DNA from: Candidatus Saccharibacteria bacterium UBA1949
GTDB lineage: Bacteria; Patescibacteriota; Saccharimonadia; Saccharimonadales; Saccharimonadaceae
Assembly: GCA_002336735.1 (NCBI GenBank)
Contig: DDER01000011.1
Span: 186 to 51,385 of the forward strand
Direction of reading: 5' to 3'
DNA: 51,200 nt
In this document: piece after piece, positions 8,261 through 15,915 of the stretch
How positions within the stretch are numbered: the first letter of the stretch is position 1
How the letters are laid out: every line of letters starts with the position of its first letter
Made by a program: the position numbers and the translations under genes
Notes under the pieces: generated by a model
Databases searched by the model: none
What the model was told of the DNA's origin: nothing
Seen by the model: the letters and a program-made list of their open reading frames with translations, nothing else

Positions 8261-9160
8261 TTAGGCTGTTTCTTCGACCGATCTGTTGAGCAGGTCGTAG
8301 ATCACAAAGCCTAGGATTGCTCCAATTGTCGAAGTGACGAGATAAATTGCCACTGACCACCAGACGCTAGGACTTGACCATTGGAATGACTGGAGCGTGA
8401 AAGCTATGGCTGGGTTCAGGATAGTAGTTGCTTTGATGGTGGTAGCGAGCGACCCAGCAATCAATGCACCAATGAAGAGACCGCCACCTACCGTCACGGC
8501 AGCGAGTACGCGGTCACGCTCGTAGGTGGCGCGAGCGACTGCCATGCTAAACACCAGGATGCCGATCAATTCAGCTGCCAGAACAAGCCATTCCTTGCCT
8601 TCGGGGATAGGTAGAGCTTTAAATACTTCTATAGCACCGCCAGCGCCAAACATGGTTGGTTCAGCTACTGGAGCCTGAGAGACAAATGCTGATACAACAC
8701 TAAGAGCAGCTATTGCTCCCATGGTTTGAGCGGCTAAGTAGCTAATGGCGCGAAGTCGGCCGATACGTTTGGTCGCCCATCCGGCGATCGTAAGCGCTGG
8801 GTTAATATATGCGCCAGAAATATGACCAACGGCCAAAACCACGGCACCAAGTGCAAACATAAGAATAATAGGCTGTCCTGAGCCTGCTAAAACGGAAGCT
8901 GCAAATATAAATGTCCCGACAAACTCTGCAATAACAGCAGCAAGCAAGCGAGTATTCGTGATGCGGTCTAGTAGCGAAGTGCGGCGTTGCGCGGACTGAC
9001 TGACGATAGTCTTGCCGGCAGGTGCTGACTCAACTGAGTGAACCACTCGTGCCTGCGCCGCTTTGGCCGGCTTGGTCGCTTTTACTGTTGTGACTTTTGT
9101 CTTTGCGCCTGTCGAACGTGATGTTCGCTTAGGTGCGTTAGATGCTTTTCTGGTAGCCAT
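8261..9160 (-). CDS. aquaporin/MIP family channel with basic N-terminal extension
   Basis: AEFVGT, ISGAYINPA and TILNPA (two NPA boxes); six TM helices. Confidence 0.92.
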   Translation of the reverse strand: MATRKASNAPKRTSRSTGAKTKVTTVKATKPAKAAQARVVHSVESAPAGKTIVSQSAQRRTSLLDRITNTRLLAAVIAEFVGTFIFAASVLAGSGQPIILMFALGAVVLAVGHISGAYINPALTIAGWATKRIGRLRAISYLAAQTMGAIAALSVVSAFVSQAPVAEPTMFGAGGAIEVFKALPIPEGKEWLVLAAELIGILVFSMAVARATYERDRVLAAVTVGGGLFIGALIAGSLATTIKATTILNPAIAFTLQSFQWSSPSVWWSVAIYLVTSTIGAILGFVIYDLLNRSVEETA

Positions 9161-9232
9161 CTAGGATTTCCCTCCATTAAAACTGTAGTGTCTATAGTAT
9201 AGCACGGCTTTAGGTGATGTATACTTAAATGT

Positions 9233-9502
9233 ATGGGAAGATATGTTGAACAAAACCAATCAAGAAGTAAATTACAGCAACGAATAGCCGCAGATTTGCG
9301 CGCCAAGGCGCTCGCGAGCTCCCGCGATGATGCGGCCGTAACAAATGCAGTCAATGATTCACACTATATGCAATCGACCAAACAAACAACTCAGCTCGCA
9401 TGGGTGTGGCTAGCGGTGTGCCTGCTTGTTGTTGCGGGGATGATTTGGTTTGTGATCATGACATTTAACCAAAATGCCGCAGCGCCGCCAGTACGATTCT
9501 GA
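9233..9502 (+). CDS. hypothetical protein with a single C-terminal TM helix
   Basis: 89 aa; TATACT 7 nt upstream of the ATG. Confidence 0.75.
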   Translation: MGRYVEQNQSRSKLQQRIAADLRAKALASSRDDAAVTNAVNDSHYMQSTKQTTQLAWVWLAVCLLVVAGMIWFVIMTFNQNAAAPPVRF

Positions 9503-9530
9503 TACCCTATCTGATATACTATATTCATCT

Positions 9531-10568
9531 ATGGATGATATTATTCGCCTCGAAAACAATTTGATTGAGCGTATTGCGACATCTGATACGCCGCACGATG
9601 TCCTCAGATCACATGAAATCAAGCAACTCTACGCACAGATCCCGACGCTTCCGCCCGATGAGCGTAAATCATTTGGCCAGCAATTAAATCAGCTCAAGCA
9701 ACGACTCGAAACTGCTGCCAAGGATCGTCAAGCGGTGCTCGATGATGTCAAGCTTGCACCTATTGATGTGACGGCGCCATTTGATATCAATGCGTCGCTG
9801 CCGTCTCTGCTGCCGAGCGAACAGGGGACGATTCATCCGCTGATGCGCGAAATTGAACGCATCTCCGATATCTTCAATCGCATGGGCTACGTGATAGAGG
9901 AGTCGCGCGAGATCGACGATCAATACCACATGTTTGAGAGTCTCAATTTTCCCAAGGGTCATCCAGCCCGCGACGACTACGATACATTTATGACCGTCGA
10001 GCGCGATGGGGATGGTGATCCACTCATCGCACCAGCTCATACGAGCACGATGCAGAATCGTATTCTGAGAAAATATCGTGATCAATTAGAGCGCGGTGCC
10101 GCCATCGCCGCTATCGTACCCGACCGTGTGTTTCGCAACGAAGATCTTGATGCGCGGCACGAGCATACGTTTTATCAAGTCGAGGGCGTGTATGTTGCGC
10201 GTGGTGTGCACGCCGGTATGCTCATCGCGACCTTGCAAGAATTTTTGCAGGAGTATTATGGCAAGCAACTCGATGTCCGCGTCAATCCATTTTATTTCCC
10301 ATTTACTGAGCCAAGCTTTGAGTTCGCACTCAGTTGTCCGTTTTGCGACCAGGCTGGCTGTAGTGTTTGTAGTCATGAGGGATGGATAGAGCTACTCGGC
10401 TGCGGTATGATCCACCCGAATGTCCTGCGTGCTGCCGACATCGATCCCGAAATCTACACTGGTTTTGCCTTTGGTTGCGGCGTCGACCGCCTGGTCATGA
10501 TGCGCTACGGCATCGAAGACGTGCGACATTTTCAGTCCGCCAAACTGGATTTTTTGAGGCAGTTTTGA
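9531..10568 (+). CDS. pheS: phenylalanine--tRNA ligase alpha subunit
   Basis: HPAR, HTS, VFRNE, FYQVEG, YFPFTEPS and GFAFG.G.DRL.M motifs. Confidence 0.97.
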   Translation: MDDIIRLENNLIERIATSDTPHDVLRSHEIKQLYAQIPTLPPDERKSFGQQLNQLKQRLETAAKDRQAVLDDVKLAPIDVTAPFDINASLPSLLPSEQGTIHPLMREIERISDIFNRMGYVIEESREIDDQYHMFESLNFPKGHPARDDYDTFMTVERDGDGDPLIAPAHTSTMQNRILRKYRDQLERGAAIAAIVPDRVFRNEDLDARHEHTFYQVEGVYVARGVHAGMLIATLQEFLQEYYGKQLDVRVNPFYFPFTEPSFEFALSCPFCDQAGCSVCSHEGWIELLGCGMIHPNVLRAADIDPEIYTGFAFGCGVDRLVMMRYGIEDVRHFQSAKLDFLRQF

Positions 10569-11116
10569 TGAGTGAAATCATCACAAACAACGCAGAACGT
10601 AGCGGTGACACACCGTTTGATTGGCAAGAGCTACAAAGTACTTTTGAAGCCATCAAGTGGAATAACGAGCATCAAGATCCTCTACGGCTAGAATCTCCCG
10701 TCAATATGCATTTGTTATCTATGCTTTGTCCAGACATCGATATTAAAACTGTACGAGAAAATATATGGAACAGCAAAGGAAGGATATTCCGCCGCAAAAC
10801 GGCTGGGTGTGAGGCAATGCAGTCGTCAAGCAGCGCCTCGTTTGTGCAGTACGAGCATCGACGCGCTGTTTATGTAGAACGTATACGATACGGAGGCAAA
10901 CTTTGGGATGACAAGGATGTGATTGAGCCATCGGCTGACCCTATATATTTGTCTGGACTTTCAACAAACATTGACTATCACATTACGGATGATTTTATCG
11001 AGTTTGATAGCATGATCAACATCCGTCCTTGTCAGCAGAATCCATCTCGTGATGTGCTTGATCATTTAGTTCGCAAAAAGACACAGGATATCATTACTGA
11101 GGTTGTGCATGAGTGA
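10568..11116 (+). CDS. hypothetical protein
   Basis: ATG overlaps the pheS TGA (TGATG); 182 aa, no recognised motif. Confidence 0.65.
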   Translation: MSEIITNNAERSGDTPFDWQELQSTFEAIKWNNEHQDPLRLESPVNMHLLSMLCPDIDIKTVRENIWNSKGRIFRRKTAGCEAMQSSSSASFVQYEHRRAVYVERIRYGGKLWDDKDVIEPSADPIYLSGLSTNIDYHITDDFIEFDSMINIRPCQQNPSRDVLDHLVRKKTQDIITEVVHE

Positions 11117-11414
11117 GCATGTGTTTGATAAAGCCAAATGGCAATCTCTTACGATATTCGAACAAATGGGTAATATCGGTAGCGAGGTCGGACGAGCCTT
11201 TAGCGCCAAACGTCGAGGCGATGAGGTCGCTATGACTGGTGCGCTCTATCGCGGCCTCGATCTGATCGACGCCACGGCTGAGCAGCTGGCGCGAAACAAA
11301 TCACCGCGTCTCCGCGAAGTCCTCCGCGCCCGTGAAGTATTCGCTGGTCTCGAAGATGAGTCGCTCGAAAAATATTTTATGCAATTTGCCATCGCTGCAC
11401 GGGAAGGAAGATAA
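11109..11414 (+). CDS. small helical hypothetical protein (EQMGNIGSEVGRA motif)
   Basis: 101-aa ORF overlapping the upstream gene's end. Confidence 0.75.
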   Translation: MSEHVFDKAKWQSLTIFEQMGNIGSEVGRAFSAKRRGDEVAMTGALYRGLDLIDATAEQLARNKSPRLREVLRAREVFAGLEDESLEKYFMQFAIAAREGR

Positions 11415-11417
11415 GTA

Positions 11418-11843
11418 ATGATCATCATTCGCGCGAAACTAAAGGAACAAAAACGCACCTATCGCGATATCGTCATTGATAAAACAAAAAGTCTCACAAA
11501 ACTCGCCGAGGCCGTGACGGGCGCGTTTGGATTTATGTTCGACCACTGTTATGGATTTTTCTCGTCACCCGACATCTATGGTCGCGGCAAGGACGCGGTG
11601 CATTATGAGCTGTTTTATGATATTGATGAAGAAACTGACGAACTAACCGAAAGTGTGGAACAAACTCAGATTGACCATTTGTTTACACAGCCAAAAGACA
11701 AATGGTGGATGCTATTTGATTATGGAGATGATTGGGTATTTGAATTGGTTTATCAGCAAGAGCCGCCTGAGCTCTATGCTAAGCAACCACACGGCATGGT
11801 TATAAACTCAAAGGGCGATGCACCCAAACAGTATCAGGATTGA
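11418..11843 (+). CDS. plasmid pRiA4b ORF-3-like protein
   Basis: N-terminal R.I.I...L..L...AFG...DHxY.F pattern and C-terminal FDYGDDW motif. Confidence 0.8.
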   Translation: MIIIRAKLKEQKRTYRDIVIDKTKSLTKLAEAVTGAFGFMFDHCYGFFSSPDIYGRGKDAVHYELFYDIDEETDELTESVEQTQIDHLFTQPKDKWWMLFDYGDDWVFELVYQQEPPELYAKQPHGMVINSKGDAPKQYQD

Positions 11844-11898
11844 GAGTAAGTACACAGCCCGCGTGTCGCCAGGCACAACAAAAATAAGTTGGTTATAA

Positions 11899-11941
11899 AA
11901 ACTACACTCCCATGGACATACGTCTGTAGGGAGTGTAGTTT
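11899..11941. terminator. long hairpin, probable terminator upstream of the toxin gene
   Basis: AAACTACACTCCC...GGGAGTGTAGTTT 13-bp perfect outer stem with an inner ATGGAC/GTCTGT extension. Confidence 0.6.
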
Positions 11942-12077
11942 GAGAAGAAAGTCATAAAAGACGTACTTTTATGCGTGCCTCATCGTTGTTGGCTGCGTGT
12001 ATTACCCCGTTTCCAGACCACGCTATCACCACAATTGCTTTATCATTTTACTTCTCAAGGAGTATAATAGCAAGAGT

Positions 12078-12470
12078 ATGTACGCAAAAAACTTCGATAA
12101 ATGGAATCTTGAGAAACAGCGTATTGATGGCCGCAGACACCAGGCGTTTTTTCATGAACGTGAAGTTTGGTGGATGCAAATTGGTGTGAATGTTGGCTTT
12201 GAACAGGATGGGAAGAATGATGATTTTGTGCGTCCGGTTCTGATCGTACGAAAGTTTAATAATACAATCTTTTTGGGCATGCCACTCAGCACAAAACGCA
12301 AACCAAATAATAAATTTTACATCGAGATCACGCAACATCAAAATGAAATAGTTGCAGCTGTCATTTCGCAGATCAGGTTATTTGATGCACGCCGCCTAAA
12401 ACGCAAAATGTACCGACTCGAAGAGCTTCACTATGAAAAAGTACGAAATGCCCTAAAGGAGATGTTGTGA
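12078..12470 (+). CDS. PemK/MazF-family endoribonuclease toxin (orphan)
   Basis: EREVWW..IG.NVG.EQ.GK....RPVLIV...PLST...SQIRLFD.RRL pattern; TATAAT 9 nt before ATG 12078. Confidence 0.88.
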   Translation: MYAKNFDKWNLEKQRIDGRRHQAFFHEREVWWMQIGVNVGFEQDGKNDDFVRPVLIVRKFNNTIFLGMPLSTKRKPNNKFYIEITQHQNEIVAAVISQIRLFDARRLKRKMYRLEELHYEKVRNALKEML

Positions 12471-12476
12471 AATACG

Positions 12477-12529
12477 CAAAAATGATCGAACCTCGCCGTA
12501 ACGAGGTTCTCGGAGCCCGAAGGCATTGT
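12477..12529 (-). ncRNA. putative ~55-nt small RNA convergent on the toxin gene (candidate RNA antitoxin)
   Basis: Predicted transcript ACAAU-GCC(UUCG)GGC-UCCGA-GAACCUCG(UUACGG)CGAGGUUC-GAUCA-UUUUU downstream of a near-consensus promoter. Confidence 0.6.
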
Positions 12530-12535
12530 AGTTCT

Positions 12536-12564
12536 ATGGTAGCAAAACGGGCGAAAAAAGTCAA
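12536..12564 (-). promoter_or_regulatory. sigma70 promoter antisense to the toxin gene
   Basis: TTGACT (12564..12559)-17 bp-TACCAT (12541..12536) with extended -10 TG. Confidence 0.75.
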
Positions 12565-12579
12565 TATGCGGAGAGATGC

Positions 12580-12834
12580 ATGAAGTTATTGCTGACGTCA
12601 AATGGCTTTGTGAACGAACAGATCATCTCTGCCTGTGAGCAGTTGGTGGGTAAAGACCGGCGCGATAGATTTAATCACGCTGTTGAGTCTCATCGTGGGG
12701 TCATTTACGGTCTTACTGACGAGTCGGCTACTTTAGTTGCAGATGAAAAAAATTCGGTGATTGGTAGCGCGACAATTTATGAAAATGGAAAACTAGTTGA
12801 ACAGGGTATAATAAAAGATAGATATGAAAGTTAG
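12580..12834 (+). pseudogene. internally deleted peptidase E (S51)/class I GATase-like remnant
   Basis: N-terminus MKLLLTSNG...LVGK is fused to a C-terminal-like YGLTDESATLV...VIG segment. The catalytic GGN/GxSAG core is absent; only 84 aa. Confidence 0.55.
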
Positions 12835-15319
12835 TCTCAATACCATACGACAATTTATTGATTTCGAACTGCCGCCAGTGGATAAATTGGTGCGGCGGAT
12901 CAATCAGCAGCTGGGTGGGGTCGAGGAAGTTATTGATCTCGGTGCGAAATACAAAGATGCGCGGATCGTGCGCGTAGTCGAGTGCGAGAAGCATCCTAAT
13001 GCCGATAAACTCAGCGTCTGCAAAATCGACGCCGGTGAAAAAGAGCTCGTCCAGGTCGTCTGCGGTGCGCCAAATGCCCGGACCGATATGTGGGCCGTGT
13101 GGCTGCCGCCGGGCAGCACGGTACCGATGAGCTACGATGACAAAGAGCCATTTGTGCTTGATGCGCGCGAATTGCGCGGCGTGATGAGCCATGGCATGCT
13201 GGCGGCAGGCGACGAGCTGGCTATCAACAGTGATCACGACGGCATCATAGAAATAACTGACTATGACATGAAAACCGCAAATAAGCTGCATCAAGGAGAA
13301 TCTCTGATGCAGCTAAGGGCGGGGGATAGTTTCGCTAAGGTTTTTGGGCTTGATGATACGATTATTGACATCGAAAACAAGATGTTTACGCACCGACCAG
13401 ATTGTTTTGGCCAATTGGGTGTAGCTCGCGAAATAGCAGGTATTCTCGGCCATCAATTCACAAGCCCTGAGTGGTACCAAAATTTGCCGGCATTTACGAG
13501 TGCGACCGGACTCGAACTGACGACATTCAATAGTGCTGGCGACAAAGTTCCGCGTGTTATGTTTGTTGCTATGCAAAACGTCGAAATCCGACCTAGTCCA
13601 CTATGGCTCCAGTGCGAGTTGGTACGTATGGGCAGCAAGGCGATCAACAATATCGTCGACGCGACTAATTACATCATGTTGATCACTGCACAGCCGACAC
13701 ATGCGTATGATTATGATACATTACGCGGTCACAAAATCGGTGCACGCATGGCACGAGCTGGCGAGAAGTTATCAGTACTAAACGGCAAGACATACGAACT
13801 CACTGAGGATGATATTGTGATCGCTGATGACGAAGGGGCGATTGGCCTCGGAGGTATCATGGGCGGTCGCAATAGCGAAGTATCAGCTGGGACTAGGAGC
13901 GTTGTGCTCGAAGTTGCATCATTTGATATGTATGCCGTGCGCAGATCTAGTATGCGGCATGGTGTGTTCACTGATGCGCTGACGAGGTTCAACAAAGGTC
14001 AGTCTAAGATGCAAAATCCATATGTGATGAATAGGCTCATGGAGCTTGTGACGGCTGTATCAAGCGCGAGGCAGGCGAGCGCCGTCGTAGATGACATTCA
14101 CGGCTCGCGAATTACGAGTCGCAATGTCACAACAACCAATGGTTTTATCAATGAACGGCTTGGCCTAGAGCTGGACAAAGATGATATACAGAAAGTCCTA
14201 AATAATGTGGAGTTTACAATAACACAGGAGCCAACAGTGATATCGATTACTGCCCCGTTTTGGCGTACTGACATCGAACTGCCTGAGGACATCGTCGAAG
14301 AAGTCGGCCGGCTCTATGGATTTGATACGTTGCCGCGAGAGTTGCCCTCGCGCAGTACCAAACCGGCACCTAAAAATCAAACAAGGATCATCACGCAACT
14401 TATTCGCGAGAGTCTATCACGCATGGGTGGCAACGAGGTGCTGACGTATAGTTTCGTACATGAAAATATCATGAAATGTGCGGAGCAGGATGTCGCACAA
14501 GCGTTTCAGCTCAGCAATGCGCTCAGTCCTGATCTGAAATATTATCGCCAGAGCGTGCTACCGAGCCTGCTCGACAAAGTGCATGGCAATAGTAAGTCTG
14601 GCTACGATGAATTCATACTGTTTGAAATCGGCAAAGGTCACAGCAAGACTCATCCGAATGATTCAGATGGGCTGCCCACTGAGTTGCGATACGTCGATGC
14701 GGTGTATACCAATAAATCCGCTTTGATGAGTGCGCCCTATTACACAATGCGGCGGGTTGTTGAAGAGTTGGCGCGAGAGCTTGGCATGATGGTGAAATTT
14801 GCAAGCATACAAGAAGCGACTGTTAAACAGTCACTGATGCCATTTGATATGTCTCGTAGCGCAGAAGTGTTTTCGCACGATGGCGTCAAACTTGGTGTTG
14901 TCGGTGAACTCAAACAATCTGTAATCAAACACTTTAAGCTATCGCCGAATACCGCAGCTATGACGCTGGATCTTGCGGCAATCATTGAGGCTCGTCGCGA
15001 GGTTGCTCGCACCTACAAGCCATTGTATAAGTATCCATCACTGATCCAAGATATGTCGCTCAAGATCGCACGAGATGTACGATACGACGATGTATTCCGC
15101 TGTGTGAGAGACGCATTATTGCCAGGTGATAGCCAGGTGGTTGGAGATATTTGGCCGATCAGTATCTATAGCCCATCAGCCGATGTCGATCACAAGACAA
15201 TCACGCTGCGCATCAAAATTACCCATCCAAACCACACGCTCAGCGATAGCGACGTTTCGGCCATGTTGGACCGAGCCTGCCAGGAAGCGCACGAAGCCTA
15301 TGGCGCCGAAAGAGTCTAG
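12824..15319 (+). CDS. pheT: phenylalanine--tRNA ligase beta subunit
   Basis: HPNADKL, VVCGAPN, RPD, INNIVDATNY, QPTHAYD and R.DI....DIVEEVGR motifs; C-terminal FDX-ACB domain. Confidence 0.97.
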   Translation: MKVSLNTIRQFIDFELPPVDKLVRRINQQLGGVEEVIDLGAKYKDARIVRVVECEKHPNADKLSVCKIDAGEKELVQVVCGAPNARTDMWAVWLPPGSTVPMSYDDKEPFVLDARELRGVMSHGMLAAGDELAINSDHDGIIEITDYDMKTANKLHQGESLMQLRAGDSFAKVFGLDDTIIDIENKMFTHRPDCFGQLGVAREIAGILGHQFTSPEWYQNLPAFTSATGLELTTFNSAGDKVPRVMFVAMQNVEIRPSPLWLQCELVRMGSKAINNIVDATNYIMLITAQPTHAYDYDTLRGHKIGARMARAGEKLSVLNGKTYELTEDDIVIADDEGAIGLGGIMGGRNSEVSAGTRSVVLEVASFDMYAVRRSSMRHGVFTDALTRFNKGQSKMQNPYVMNRLMELVTAVSSARQASAVVDDIHGSRITSRNVTTTNGFINERLGLELDKDDIQKVLNNVEFTITQEPTVISITAPFWRTDIELPEDIVEEVGRLYGFDTLPRELPSRSTKPAPKNQTRIITQLIRESLSRMGGNEVLTYSFVHENIMKCAEQDVAQAFQLSNALSPDLKYYRQSVLPSLLDKVHGNSKSGYDEFILFEIGKGHSKTHPNDSDGLPTELRYVDAVYTNKSALMSAPYYTMRRVVEELARELGMMVKFASIQEATVKQSLMPFDMSRSAEVFSHDGVKLGVVGELKQSVIKHFKLSPNTAAMTLDLAAIIEARREVARTYKPLYKYPSLIQDMSLKIARDVRYDDVFRCVRDALLPGDSQVVGDIWPISIYSPSADVDHKTITLRIKITHPNHTLSDSDVSAMLDRACQEAHEAYGAERV

Positions 15320-15874
15320 GTGACGGATGCTCTGTCTCGTGCGATTATTGTCGCGGCATGGGCGCATGATGGCCAATACCGCAAAGGTACTCATGTGCCG
15401 TACGCAACACATCCGTTTTCGGTCATGCTTCTCATCCATGAGAGCGGTGGCGATGAAATCACAAAAATCGCTGGCTTGCTCCACGATGTGCTCGAAGACG
15501 TACCGAGTGATCGATATAGTCGAGCCAACATGATGATAGAGTTTGGTCCTGAAGTTGTCGAGACAGTCGAGGGAGTCACGCATAATATGCATGAACCAAA
15601 TTGGCTGCGTCGCAATCAGCAATATATTGATCATTTAGCGCACGTGTCCGAACGGTCTTTGATTGTCAGTGCGGCCGACAAGCTCCACAATATTAGTGCT
15701 ATGCTCGGCGATCATGAACGAATTGGCGATGCGCTGTGGGAGCGATTTGTCGCGGATAAATCTGCGCAACAGTGGTGGTATCGTGGTGTCTATGAGGCGT
15801 TGAACCAACGAATCAGCGAACATGATCTTGTGCGGCGACTAGAGCGCGAAGTTCTGCGGTTCGAGATGCTGTAA
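15320..15874 (+). CDS. HD-domain small alarmone hydrolase (Mesh1/SpoT HD-like)
   Basis: AH.GQ.RK...PY..HP, LLHDVLED and ADKLHN motifs; stand-alone 184 aa. Confidence 0.85.
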   Translation: MTDALSRAIIVAAWAHDGQYRKGTHVPYATHPFSVMLLIHESGGDEITKIAGLLHDVLEDVPSDRYSRANMMIEFGPEVVETVEGVTHNMHEPNWLRRNQQYIDHLAHVSERSLIVSAADKLHNISAMLGDHERIGDALWERFVADKSAQQWWYRGVYEALNQRISEHDLVRRLEREVLRFEML

Positions 15875-15915
15875 ATAGTTGCACTAAACGGCTGATCAAT
15901 GAGACAATACAGCTA

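Noticed and set aside
10382-10567. N-terminal extension of ORF 10382..11116
   Set aside because: It overlaps the conserved pheS C-terminus; the coupled ATG at 10568 is the better start.
11971-12189. 72-aa ORF as a MazE-type antitoxin
   Set aside because: It overlaps the toxin out of frame by more than 100 nt, lacks AbrB/RHH features and an acidic tail, and the toxin has its own -10 inside it.
12373-12564. 63-aa minus-strand ORF as product of the antisense promoter
   Set aside because: Its TTG start is the -35 hexamer itself, upstream of the predicted TSS.
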